In this document: positions 39,990 through 48,940 of the stretch, in pieces | How positions within the stretch are numbered: the first letter of the stretch is position 1 | Layout: each line of letters starts with the position of its first letter | Virus record (IMG/VR): IMGVR_UViG_3300020195_000651 | Span: 1 to 54,845 of that record | Source of the DNA: a virus | Lineage: Duplodnaviria; Caudoviricetes | Strand: one strand, 5' to 3' | Length of the DNA stretch: 54,845 nt | The notes under the pieces: generated by a model | Told to the model about the DNA's origin: nothing | The model's input: only the letters and a program-made list of their open reading frames with translations | The model's database searches: none | Position numbers and translations under genes: made by a program

Positions 39990-40431
39990 GGATAATTTTA
40001 AAGATTATTTTTTCCCTGCCAAAGAGGATTACAAACCTCAAAAGGGTCAAGTTCTTGCGCGATGGCGAGCAAAGGCAGACTTTGTTGACGGTTGGGTAAA
40101 GAGAAATGTAATTGAGCTTTTGTGTGTGTCTAAGGCTGGCGCTGAGACGGCACGAAAGATCATGACCAAACTTGTTTCGTCTCAAGACCGAGACAGCGTG
40201 CGAGTTCTCAGAGAAATGGCAGAAGATTTGGTTGCTGGCAAGACGGTAGATCAAGTGGCGGCTGAACCTTATCGGTTTACAGTAGAGCAATTCTATTGGA
40301 CGGAAAAACAATACATTCCTGACGATCCTCATTGGGAGCTTGTTAATGTCATAGATGTTACAAAGGGAGTTAAAACCAAGATTGTATCGGCATTGAGTGA
40401 CGGTGTAGAATCTGATATAGTATCGGAGTAA
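39967..40431 (+). CDS. Hypothetical protein
   Basis: 154 aa; GGAGG RBS. Confidence 0.75.
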   Translation: MTKMEITEDNFKDYFFPAKEDYKPQKGQVLARWRAKADFVDGWVKRNVIELLCVSKAGAETARKIMTKLVSSQDRDSVRVLREMAEDLVAGKTVDQVAAEPYRFTVEQFYWTEKQYIPDDPHWELVNVIDVTKGVKTKIVSALSDGVESDIVSE

Positions 40432-40446
40432 CACAAGGAGGCGATC

Positions 40447-41007
40447 ATGCCTAAGTTATTCAAAGTGCCTGAATGTTTCTATAAACCAAAAGCTGGTCAG
40501 TACGGTCTTGTTGGTTCAGATGCATATGCAGAAGTTGATTGGGTTGCGTGCCGAGAGGAATTTGAGGAATGTGGTAATCCACGCAAGTTTTTGTTTTGCG
40601 CACTAAAAGGCGAAAGCAGAGCAATCAGGAGGTTTCTTGACGATGCACAGGATCGTATAAAACTTCCCAAACGTGATCGTCTCAAAGTGCTTCAGACAAA
40701 TACACCGACCGTCATCCTCATCAAAACGGGGAAGTTTTGGCGCAACGAAGTCAGATTGTCTTTGTTGACTTGCTTGTTGAGGGTGGGGAAATATTACAAG
40801 GGCAAGAACAACTTTTGGGATACAATCAATAAGTTTCCGTATTTAGCCGAAACAGAAGATGCAGTTGCATGGTTCTTGATGGGCAATACTGTTTATCAAG
40901 ATAAAGATTTTGATTTTGAAGGTTGGTTGACAACTTTTGAGGATATATCATTACGACAACTGGAAAAAATTCTCAAAAAACCAAATCGTCGTCGTAATAA
41001 AGTTTAA
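40447..41007 (+). CDS. Hypothetical protein
   Basis: 186 aa; AAGGAG RBS. Confidence 0.75.
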   Translation: MPKLFKVPECFYKPKAGQYGLVGSDAYAEVDWVACREEFEECGNPRKFLFCALKGESRAIRRFLDDAQDRIKLPKRDRLKVLQTNTPTVILIKTGKFWRNEVRLSLLTCLLRVGKYYKGKNNFWDTINKFPYLAETEDAVAWFLMGNTVYQDKDFDFEGWLTTFEDISLRQLEKILKKPNRRRNKV

Positions 41008-41020
41008 CAAAGGAAAGCCA

Positions 41021-41581
41021 GTGCCAATCGAGAACGAAAGAAAATTTATTTTGCGGATGCTTCCTCATCTGGAGAATAAATTTATCAAGTCAGCAGAAGA
41101 AATTTATTACATTGAACAAGCGTATCTTTTCCGAGGCAAAGGACTGACTGTACGAATACGCAAGCAAAGAGATCGTAATAACAAAGAAATTCAAGTTTTG
41201 ACAACAAAACAACGTGTTGGTGCAAGAATTATCGAGATAGAGAAACGCATCAGCATTGAAGACTATGATGAAATGAGCAAGGTTGCAGAAGGTTGTTTGA
41301 AAAAAGTCAGGTATGTTTTGAAAGGGTGGGAGATTGATTTTTTCAAAGACAGTAGCGAAACGTACTTTGTAATGGCGGAAATTGAATTGCCGGATGGCGT
41401 GGAATCACCAGACAGACTGCCTAAATTTATAACTCAAAACCTATTGTTTGAAGTCCCATTAAATGATTGCCGATTTTCAAGTAAGAAGTTATCAGATGTG
41501 GAATACGCTAAAGCGTTGCTGGAAGAAGTTGTTCGCCAATCAGGAACTTCCCCCAGTATGGGTCAACTTGAATGTCACTGA
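41021..41581 (+). CDS. CYTH-domain protein
   Basis: ENERKF, IEQAYL, VRIR, EIEK, KKVRY, WEIDFF, MAEIEL; GTG start at 41021. Confidence 0.88.
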   Translation: MPIENERKFILRMLPHLENKFIKSAEEIYYIEQAYLFRGKGLTVRIRKQRDRNNKEIQVLTTKQRVGARIIEIEKRISIEDYDEMSKVAEGCLKKVRYVLKGWEIDFFKDSSETYFVMAEIELPDGVESPDRLPKFITQNLLFEVPLNDCRFSSKKLSDVEYAKALLEEVVRQSGTSPSMGQLECH

Positions 41582-41849
41582 CACCTGGAATCAACATGGT
41601 CCATGTGGAATTTGTTACTATCGAACTAATTGCAGAGAGATCGTAATAAAGTTTAAGTATCTATGGTTAGATGATGATAAGTATGAACAGAAGTATTGTT
41701 CTGGTGTGTTGATAGAAATGAATACTTCACCGGGAAGGGCGGCGGAAGCCTCTACATCGTAGATGCTACACTGCCGCTTTGGGCAGTGTAGCCCTTTAGG
41801 GTAGTGTAGCCCTTTAGGGTAGTGGGTAAGCCGCCCATAGGACAAAATA

Positions 41850-41878
41850 TTGCAAACGTAATTGTTGCATACTATAAT
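41850..41878 (+). promoter_or_regulatory. sigma70 promoter inside the family B element
   Basis: TTGCAA-17 nt-TATAAT (TTGCAA-17-TCTAAT in copy 1). Confidence 0.7.
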
Positions 41879-41883
41879 AGTAT

Positions 41884-42028
41884 TGGGTTGCAGTCAAGCA
41901 ACCTATTGGCGTCCGTCGTACTTGTTTTCAAGTACCGTGTTGTCCGGCGTGAAACGCCGGACACGGTTCGGTCCAACACGAAATTTGGAATGCCAAGCCC
42001 CGACCCTTTAGGGTCGTGGGTACTTGAC
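41884..42028 (+). ncRNA. Structured RNA scaffold, candidate omega-type guide RNA
   Basis: Hairpins ggttgc-agtcaa-gcaacc, gtacttg-tttt-caagtac, gtccggcgt-gaa-acgccggac and the RE hairpin; loop GTCAA is complementary to terminal TTGAC. Confidence 0.55.
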
Positions 42029-42246
42029 AGAATACACAAAATAATTGTGTATTATGAAGATTTCAATGATAAAAGTGCAGATGATTTACTTCGTAGAATA
42101 AATTGCGCATTTCTTCACTTTAAGTGCAAGGCTAGATTTAATAGTGAAAGAGTTAGTTTGAGCATTATTTACAAGGAAATCAGGGATAACGCTGTTCAAT
42201 TTGATCGGTTCTTTGAAAATGAAATGGTGGACACTAAATAAGTAAT

Positions 42247-42858
42247 ATGGAAGACGATTTCGAAAAATGGGTATCTGCGTGGGCGGCAGCCGAACAAGAG
42301 ATTGCCCAAGAACGACAAACAAAAGAGCCAGAGCCGGAACCACCGTCTCGCACAAGCTATTTTAGTGGTTCACCGTCAGATCAAGACTATCACGATAGTG
42401 AAGATGGACAGGCTGACGATTGGAATAACCTCTATAGCCGTGCTATGGAGATTGATTTCTCACAGCCTGATACATTGATTACAGATGGCGTCAATGTCGC
42501 TTACGCTGGTGAAGAAGGCTATGGAAAGCAGACCATTCCTCCTCTTGGCAAGTCACCAACTCCAGGTGGCAAGAAAGTCTATACCAATCAACCTATTCAT
42601 TTTGCTTCGGCAGGTGAAGACCAAGAAGGTGATGATGGTCACGTAAGAGTTACCAACAATTGGAATCAGGGCAAAGAACTTGAGGAGCTGTCTGATATCA
42701 AGACTCGTCTTGAAGCAATGGAAAGACGTGCGCATAGTTCTGATGTCTTGAAAAAGAAAGATTTTGGCAGCTTGAAGACTCAACTGGAAGGAATGCGAAA
42801 GCGTGTCAAGCAGTTGAGCGAAAAGTTGACTTCAACTCCACAAAATGATTTGACGTGA
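42247..42858 (+). CDS. Hypothetical protein, acidic with coiled-coil C-terminus
   Basis: 203 aa; TAAATA 6 nt before ATG. Confidence 0.75.
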   Translation: MEDDFEKWVSAWAAAEQEIAQERQTKEPEPEPPSRTSYFSGSPSDQDYHDSEDGQADDWNNLYSRAMEIDFSQPDTLITDGVNVAYAGEEGYGKQTIPPLGKSPTPGGKKVYTNQPIHFASAGEDQEGDDGHVRVTNNWNQGKELEELSDIKTRLEAMERRAHSSDVLKKKDFGSLKTQLEGMRKRVKQLSEKLTSTPQNDLT

Positions 42859-42870
42859 AAATAATATCTT

Positions 42871-42896
42871 AAACACCAAGAATATTCTTGGTGTTT
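42871..42896 (+). terminator. Perfect 26 bp palindrome plus T-rich tail
   Basis: aaacaccaagaat|attcttggtgttt. Confidence 0.7.
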
Positions 42897-42950
42897 TATT
42901 TTTCGATATTGACTCAATCAATAAATTAATATACACTATCTCCATATTCA

Positions 42951-43481
42951 TTGGAGATTAATATGCCCGCAGTTTGGCAAGCAAATTTAGACGTAGTTCA
43001 GTTGGTTGAAAAGGTTAGATTGAAGAATCATGTTCCAAGACTTGAATTAGCAAGTGTGGCGATATGTTTTAGCGACACGAAACCTTTTGTTGGGGGTAGA
43101 TTCAATTGGGGAAAGGTTTCTAAGTTTTCTCCTGTTGCTAAACTTTATCACGCAAAATGTTTTGATTTTTTGATTACAATTTGTGCAGATGCTTGGGTTT
43201 CAATATTGGATGAGTCGCAACGAGAAGCATTGATTGATTTGCACCTGGAAAGGTGTCAAGTTGATTACGAGCCAGTTTGTGAAGAAATCAATGGTGTGAA
43301 GAAGCCAATCAAAGACGAGTGGGGAAGAATCCAAGTCACTGATGTTATCAAAACAAATGACGATGGCAGTCCGAAATGGAAAGTGGACCCACTTGATTTG
43401 AACGTTTTTCAAAGTAACGTATTACGGTATGGATGCTGGTGTGAAGACCTAATTGAATTCAAAACGGCAGTATCAAAATGA
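42951..43481 (+). CDS. Phage metallopeptidase-like protein with degenerate HExxH
   Basis: DFLITI...W......REALIDLHLERC...DL..F..NV.RYG.W; TTGACT-17-TACACT promoter at 42909. Confidence 0.6.
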   Translation: MEINMPAVWQANLDVVQLVEKVRLKNHVPRLELASVAICFSDTKPFVGGRFNWGKVSKFSPVAKLYHAKCFDFLITICADAWVSILDESQREALIDLHLERCQVDYEPVCEEINGVKKPIKDEWGRIQVTDVIKTNDDGSPKWKVDPLDLNVFQSNVLRYGCWCEDLIEFKTAVSK

Positions 43482-43681
43482 ACAGACCATTCTTTGCATT
43501 TAACAATCAAGAAATTGGATTGTTGTATCAAGTCCTTGATGATGAAGAACAACGATTCAACGATTTGTCCGAATCATTCAAACAACACGGTTGTTATAGT
43601 GAACACGTAGCAAATAGATTGAATTTATTAACTAAATTAAAAACATTGGCAATGAAGGAATTGACTAACCCATTGGAATAA
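43478..43681 (+). CDS. Hypothetical protein
   Basis: ATGA-coupled, 67 aa. Confidence 0.6.
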   Translation: MNRPFFAFNNQEIGLLYQVLDDEEQRFNDLSESFKQHGCYSEHVANRLNLLTKLKTLAMKELTNPLE

Positions 43682-43682
43682 A

Positions 43683-43898
43683 ATGTTTGAAGCAATTTGG
43701 GCGACCGCAGTAGATCGTAACGTAATGGTTTTGTCGTATTTGGGTATTGGCTCAGATGGTCGCCATTACGTCAATATTGTTGGTAGCGAAACAGGAGTGC
43801 CAATGGACGAACTCAGATTTGTAAATTCTGATGATCCTCTCAATCCTTTTACGTCTGTTTGGATTGATACACATGGCAACATACATATGGCGGAATAA
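43683..43898 (+). CDS. Hypothetical protein
   Basis: 71 aa, coupled to purN. Confidence 0.6.
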   Translation: MFEAIWATAVDRNVMVLSYLGIGSDGRHYVNIVGSETGVPMDELRFVNSDDPLNPFTSVWIDTHGNIHMAE

Positions 43899-44443
43899 TG
43901 AAAATTGCTGTACTAATTAGTGGAAAAGGTTCAACGCTTCAAAATCTTATACAGGTTCAGAAGTTGTATAATTTTGAAGTTGATTTTGTAATTGCAAGTA
44001 AGGCTAAAGCGACTGGATTAGATTATGCTAGTGCTGCTAACATCGGGTGGGCGGTTCCTCCTCGTGAAATTATTTTTGAGTTTTTAGATGGGCGTGATAT
44101 AGATTTGATATGCCTTGCGGGATATGTCAAGAAGTTAGAAGTTCCCGAAAAATGGCTTGGACGTATCATCAATATTCATCCTGCGTTATTGCCGGATTTT
44201 GGTGGACAAGGGATGTATGGATTGAATGTCCACCAGGCAGTATTGGATGCTAAAGTAAGACTTTCTGGTTGTACTGTTCATTACGTCAATAATGAATATG
44301 ACAAGGGTGCAATAATTGCTAGAAAAATAGTCCCAGTTCTTCCTAACGACACAGTTAATGAATTGGCAGAACGAGTACAACAGGCAGAACGAGAATTATA
44401 CCCAATAGTTATTCAAGATGTTTTAAATGTATTGCGTAAATAA
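43898..44443 (+). CDS. purN: Phosphoribosylglycinamide formyltransferase
   Basis: IAVLISGKGSTLQ, LAGY, INIHPALLP, SGCTVHYVNNEYDKGAII. Confidence 0.95.
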   Translation: MKIAVLISGKGSTLQNLIQVQKLYNFEVDFVIASKAKATGLDYASAANIGWAVPPREIIFEFLDGRDIDLICLAGYVKKLEVPEKWLGRIINIHPALLPDFGGQGMYGLNVHQAVLDAKVRLSGCTVHYVNNEYDKGAIIARKIVPVLPNDTVNELAERVQQAERELYPIVIQDVLNVLRK

Positions 44444-44661
44444 ACAAGGAGAGATTACTAAATTAGTGGTAAGTCAATCTATAATTTGAGGAAGATAAAT
44501 GGTATACAATATCGATAAAGCAGAACTGAAAAGAATTTCAACAAATTCAAACAAAGAAGATCGTTCTTGTATGAACAGGATCATCAATGGAATTTCTGAG
44601 TTGGAAAAAGAAAACAATAAGTTGAATTTTGAGATTAGACAGTTGAAGCATCAACTTGGAA

Positions 44662-44904
44662 TCAAGGTGCAGGACTAAGTGCGATTGCGAATACAGTGCC
44701 GAGAGCAATAACGGCAAATATTATTGCGAATGTTCGCCACATTTTATCTGTCGCGTCTCTCCGGCCAGCTTTGTAACTTACTATGTAAGGAAGACCAAAA
44801 TCTTCTTCGGCGTCGGTTGATTCGAAGTATTCGTCTAGGATTTGTCGTCGGTCCTTTATAATGAACTGAACGCACCTTCGATAGTAGTCTTCGTCTTCTC
44901 TCAT
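44662..44904 (-). CDS. Small membrane protein
   Basis: C-terminal hydrophobic helix. Confidence 0.55.
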   Translation of the reverse strand: MREDEDYYRRCVQFIIKDRRQILDEYFESTDAEEDFGLPYIVSYKAGRRDATDKMWRTFAIIFAVIALGTVFAIALSPAP

Positions 44905-44915
44905 ATATAATAGTT

Positions 44916-45740
44916 ATGCGTACTTTTACCATTCTTCGGAGCCGAAAGCCCCTACATCGTAGATGTTGCACCGCCGCTTTGGGCGGTGCAACCCTTTAGG
45001 GTAGGGGATGAAGGCGATGCACTAAAAATTGAAGCAAAAACAAATACTACTTTTTGTGGAATAAAACACTGACAAATGACTCTATTATCTTGTATCGCCA
45101 CGAAAACCAAGCGGTGATGCACTTAGAACACCCCGAAAGGGGATAACAAACTACGGGCGGAACGCCCGAAAGTAAAGCCCGTGGACTTGGTATAAGACCG
45201 TGCATCCTTAATTGGATACTTAGGCGACCGAGGTTGAAACGGGAAGCCCCGACCCTTTAGGGTCGTGGGTAGTTCACTGAATACTATAGTTTAATGACTG
45301 AAGAATTTTTCACAAAAATAATAACAGGTGGTGTCGCTCCAGTCGGAACAGTAGGAATTATTACGGCCGAGAATCCAGACGCAAATAAATTGACTAAAAT
45401 TGGTAACGACAGGAAAAACAAGGAATTGATTGCTGATCTGGAAAAAGATGGATTTGCTCCAATCCAGATGAAGGGTAAGTTTGCCGGACAACAAGAAAAT
45501 CCGTTCTTGATTATAAACATTACACGTGATAAATTGGTTGAACTTGCTAAAAAATACAAACAACAATCAGTGATCTACGGTGAGAAAAAAGGCAAAGAGC
45601 CTTTTGAATTTATGTATATTCAAGATGGCAAAACAACTAAAAAAGGTAAATTGGGTTTAGAACACCCAAAGAATTTACTTGATCAAGATTGCTATTTTGT
45701 TTTATCTGGCAAGAAATTCAATATTCATTTCAAGAGTTGA
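44916..45740 (+). CDS. DUF3293-like protein whose first codons are separated from the body by the element at 44930-45277
   Basis: Rejoined: MRTFT|EYYSLMTEEFF...; GIITAENP, EN.FLI, LAKKYKQQSVIY; internal ATG at 45294 could give a shortened product. Confidence 0.75.
44930..45277 (+). mobile_element. Non-autonomous IS200/IS605 element, family A (348 bp) with a tnpB-type omega-RNA end
   Basis: After TTTAC; LE tcttcggagccgAAAGcccctacatcg as at 17774; RE GAAG-hairpin-tag-TTCAC. Confidence 0.88.
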
Positions 45741-45843
45741 ATTTGATAAACATAATTGAAAAGTATTTTGAACCATTACGTCATTGGTGGTTTTGGTTTG
45801 TTTGTATAACAATTGTTACTATTCTAATTTTAAGAGATGAAAA

Positions 45844-46365
45844 GTGATACAAATAATTATCGGAAGTAAATCTGATTTTGAAGTAGTCAAAAAGGCATTG
45901 TTGTTAGAAGAATATTTCTTTGACAAACCATCAATTGATATCAAAGTCGCAAGCGCACATAGAAGTCCAGAACGTGTACGTGAACTTGTTGCTAAATGCG
46001 AAAATGACGGCACAAAAGTGTTTATCGCATGCGCAGGTGGATCAGCACATTTAGCTGGAGTAGTCGCTGCTCACACAACCAAGCCAGTCATTGGCGTGCC
46101 GATGAAAACAGAAATGAGTGGTGGTCTGGATTCATTGCTATCAACTGTCCAAATGCCTGCCGGGGTTCCAGTAGCAACTGTTGGAGTTGGCGCAATTGAA
46201 AACGCAGTTGTATTGGCTGTTCAAATTTTAGCAACAAATGATGAAAAATTGACAGACAGACTTGTCAAATACAAGAAAATATTAGTTGAAAGAGTCATTG
46301 AGCAGGATCGCTTTATCATGGAAAGAATACCGCGACCGAAAAAAGCAGAATGGGATGTGGGATGA
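45844..46365 (+). CDS. purE: N5-CAIR mutase
   Basis: IIGSKSD, VASAHRSP, AGGSAHLAG, PVIGVP, GGLDSLLSTVQMPAGVPVATV. Confidence 0.95.
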   Translation: MIQIIIGSKSDFEVVKKALLLEEYFFDKPSIDIKVASAHRSPERVRELVAKCENDGTKVFIACAGGSAHLAGVVAAHTTKPVIGVPMKTEMSGGLDSLLSTVQMPAGVPVATVGVGAIENAVVLAVQILATNDEKLTDRLVKYKKILVERVIEQDRFIMERIPRPKKAEWDVG

Positions 46366-47291
46366 GTTTTTGGGATAAAGTTTATACTGGAGATTGTCGG
46401 AAAGTCCTAGAAGGAATTCCAGATGAATCAATCCATGCAGTTATTACAGACCCGCCGTACTACTTAGACAAGTTGGATTCTGACTGGAATCCAACTGCTG
46501 TTTCAGATACGCGAAATATGAAGGTTGTCACTTCTTTGCCATCAGGTATGAGGTTTGACAAAGAACAAGGTAAGCGATTTCGCGAGTGGTATACAGAGGT
46601 ATCAACGCACTTGTTGCGTGTGCTTCATCCAGGCGGATTCTTTTTTTCGTTCTCGTCGCCAAGACTGTATCACAATATGGCAATTGCGATGGAGGATGCA
46701 GGATTCCTCATCAAAGACCAGTTTCTTTGGATTTACGTTCAAAACCAACCAAAGGCAATGTCGCTAAATCACGTAATTGACAGACTTGATTGGTCCAAAG
46801 AAAATAAAGAAAGTTTGAAAGTTGAACTGAACGGATGGAAAACTCCGCAAATTAAATCGTGCCACGAACCAATTGCATTAGGTCAGAAACCTTTGCGTGG
46901 ATCGTTTTTAGATAATTATCGGGAAACCAATGTTGGCTTGGTAGACACCAAGGTGACTATTGGTGATAATATGTTCCCTTCAAACGTGATGACGACAGAT
47001 GAAATAGATGATGTGATGAATCGTTTCTTTTTAGTGAACAAACCCACAAAGAAAGAAAAAGGCGAGTTCAACACACACAAAACCGTCAAGCCAGTAACCT
47101 TGTGTAAGTATTTGATTTCATTGACGACACGTACTGGTCAAATTGTTCTTGATCCTTTCTTGGGAAGTGGAAGCACGGCGGTAGCTGCTAAAATGTTGGG
47201 TCGTCATTACGTAGGAATTGATCTAAATGAAGAATACGTTGAAATCGCAAATCGTAGGTTAAAAGACGTAGACTTAGCGTCAAACTTTTGA
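46350..47291 (+). CDS. N6-A/N4-C DNA methyltransferase (beta class)
   Basis: ITDPPY, HKTVKP, LDPFLGSGST; start probably 46362. Confidence 0.92.
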   Translation: MGCGMSFWDKVYTGDCRKVLEGIPDESIHAVITDPPYYLDKLDSDWNPTAVSDTRNMKVVTSLPSGMRFDKEQGKRFREWYTEVSTHLLRVLHPGGFFFSFSSPRLYHNMAIAMEDAGFLIKDQFLWIYVQNQPKAMSLNHVIDRLDWSKENKESLKVELNGWKTPQIKSCHEPIALGQKPLRGSFLDNYRETNVGLVDTKVTIGDNMFPSNVMTTDEIDDVMNRFFLVNKPTKKEKGEFNTHKTVKPVTLCKYLISLTTRTGQIVLDPFLGSGSTAVAAKMLGRHYVGIDLNEEYVEIANRRLKDVDLASNF

Positions 47292-47318
47292 TAACATTTA
47301 TCCATCGCAAACAATTAG

Positions 47319-48920
47319 TTGCAGGAGATAATCATGGAAAACAAGTCTGGAATCGAAGAAATAAAGAACGAAGCAGGCGGTACAGCCTATAAGCTGACAT
47401 CCGCTGCCGCTCTTGCGCAAATGGCAGTTACGGGGTGTCTCAATCAGACGTTCTATGCAAGCGCAGAGACGCAACAGAAGACGATCCTTGACCTTTGTGA
47501 TAAGGTTGAGCCGGAGTTGGTGGCAAAGATAGCCGTGTACGCTCGTGAGAGCGGATACATGAAAGATGTTCCTGCATTGCTGTGTGTTTGGCTGGCTTCC
47601 CGTCGCCACAACGATTTACTGACTAAAGTGTTCAGTCGCGTGATCGATAACGGGAAGATGTTGCGCAACTTCGTGGAAATTCTGCGAAGTGGATCAACTG
47701 GACGGAAGTCATTGGGGTCTCTGCCAAAGAGACTTGTTGCGAACTGGTTCAATTCACGGACCACCAAAGAGATTTTCCAACAGTCAGTGGGTGGTGATCC
47801 ATCGTTCCGCGACATTCTCAGACTTTCACACCCAAAGCCCTTGGACCGCACAAAGAATGCAATGTATCGTTGGTTCTTGGGGAAAGAACACGACGTAAAC
47901 GATCTGCCAGAGATTGTTCAGCAGTTTGAAGATTTCAAGAGCGGCAAAAACAAGGAAGTTCCACAAGTTCCGTTTGAAATGCTAACTGCACTCAAACTAG
48001 GGCAGTCGGAATGGTGTCAGATTGCCATGAGAGCAGGATGGCATTGGACAAGGATGAATCTCAACACGATGCATCGACATAAAGTGTTCGATGTGCCAGA
48101 AATGATTGACATGGTTGTCAAGCGTTTGACGGATCGTGAAGCGATTAGCAAAGCTCGTGTCTTCCCGTATCAACTTCTGGCGGCATACAAGAACGCAGGG
48201 TCAGAAACTCCGCATAAGGTGCGAGAGGCATTGCAGGATGCGTTGGAGATTGCAACTGAGAATATCCCACAACTTCCAGGTGATGGGTTCATTCTCATGG
48301 ATAAGTCCGGGTCCATGCGATCTCCAGTAACAGGAGTTCGACAAGGATCAACATCCAAAGTTACGTGTGTGGATGTTGCTGGATTATTGGCAAGTGCAAT
48401 ACTTCGTAAAAATCCATCGTCTTCTTTGATTCCGTTTGACAGTGACGTAGTGGCACATACGTTGAATCCACGCGACACAGTGTTGACAAATGCCGATAAG
48501 TTGGCTAAGATGTGCAACGGCGGAACGAACTGTTCTGCTCCACTCGCCTATCTCAACAAGAGAATGGCGAAGGGCGATTGGATTATGTTGATCTCTGATA
48601 ACCAGTCATGGGTCGATAGTTTAGGCACGAAAATGCCAGTAGCGCCATCGTCATACCGCGCAAGCAGCTACTACAATGCTGGTCCTGGTCATACCAAGTT
48701 CATGCAAGAATTTGACTTGTTCAAAGAACGAAATCCATCTGCGAACCTTGTGGCTCTGGACATTCAGCCTTATGCAACAACTCAGGCTCAGGAACGCACT
48801 GATGTTCTCAACATCGGTGGGTTTTCAGACGCTTGCTTTAACATCGTCAATCTCTTCTATCGAGGGGAATTGACGCCTGACCACTGGCTGGGTGTAATCT
48901 CAGCAATTGATCTGGGATAA
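47319..48920 (+). CDS. rsr: Ro60/Rsr TROVE-domain RNA-binding protein with vWA domain
   Basis: NEAGG, TFYASA, YARESGYMKDVP, LRLSHPKP, RMNLNT, VFPYQL, MIDAS DKSGSM, GGTNCS, ISDNQ, IGGFSD. Confidence 0.93.
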   Translation: MQEIIMENKSGIEEIKNEAGGTAYKLTSAAALAQMAVTGCLNQTFYASAETQQKTILDLCDKVEPELVAKIAVYARESGYMKDVPALLCVWLASRRHNDLLTKVFSRVIDNGKMLRNFVEILRSGSTGRKSLGSLPKRLVANWFNSRTTKEIFQQSVGGDPSFRDILRLSHPKPLDRTKNAMYRWFLGKEHDVNDLPEIVQQFEDFKSGKNKEVPQVPFEMLTALKLGQSEWCQIAMRAGWHWTRMNLNTMHRHKVFDVPEMIDMVVKRLTDREAISKARVFPYQLLAAYKNAGSETPHKVREALQDALEIATENIPQLPGDGFILMDKSGSMRSPVTGVRQGSTSKVTCVDVAGLLASAILRKNPSSSLIPFDSDVVAHTLNPRDTVLTNADKLAKMCNGGTNCSAPLAYLNKRMAKGDWIMLISDNQSWVDSLGTKMPVAPSSYRASSYYNAGPGHTKFMQEFDLFKERNPSANLVALDIQPYATTQAQERTDVLNIGGFSDACFNIVNLFYRGELTPDHWLGVISAIDLG

Positions 48921-48940
48921 ACTTTAACAAGGAGAAAGAC

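Larger units (their letters stand above)
41731..42028 (+). mobile_element. Non-autonomous IS200/IS605-derived element, family B copy 2 (298 bp)
   Basis: After TTCAC; ends TTGAC; near-identical to 9445-9722; contains an 18 bp tandem duplication gtgtagccctttagggta. Confidence 0.88.
41463..42058 (+). pseudogene. Small ORF whose 3' end is interrupted by the family B element
   Basis: Removing 41731-42028 gives ...EMNTSQNTQNNCVL*; start uncertain. Confidence 0.45.

Noticed and set aside
9445-45277. IStron (group I intron) interpretation of the intragenic elements
   Set aside because: The junctions are C|...C rather than U|...G, no group I core is recognisable, and the short elements leave no room for one.
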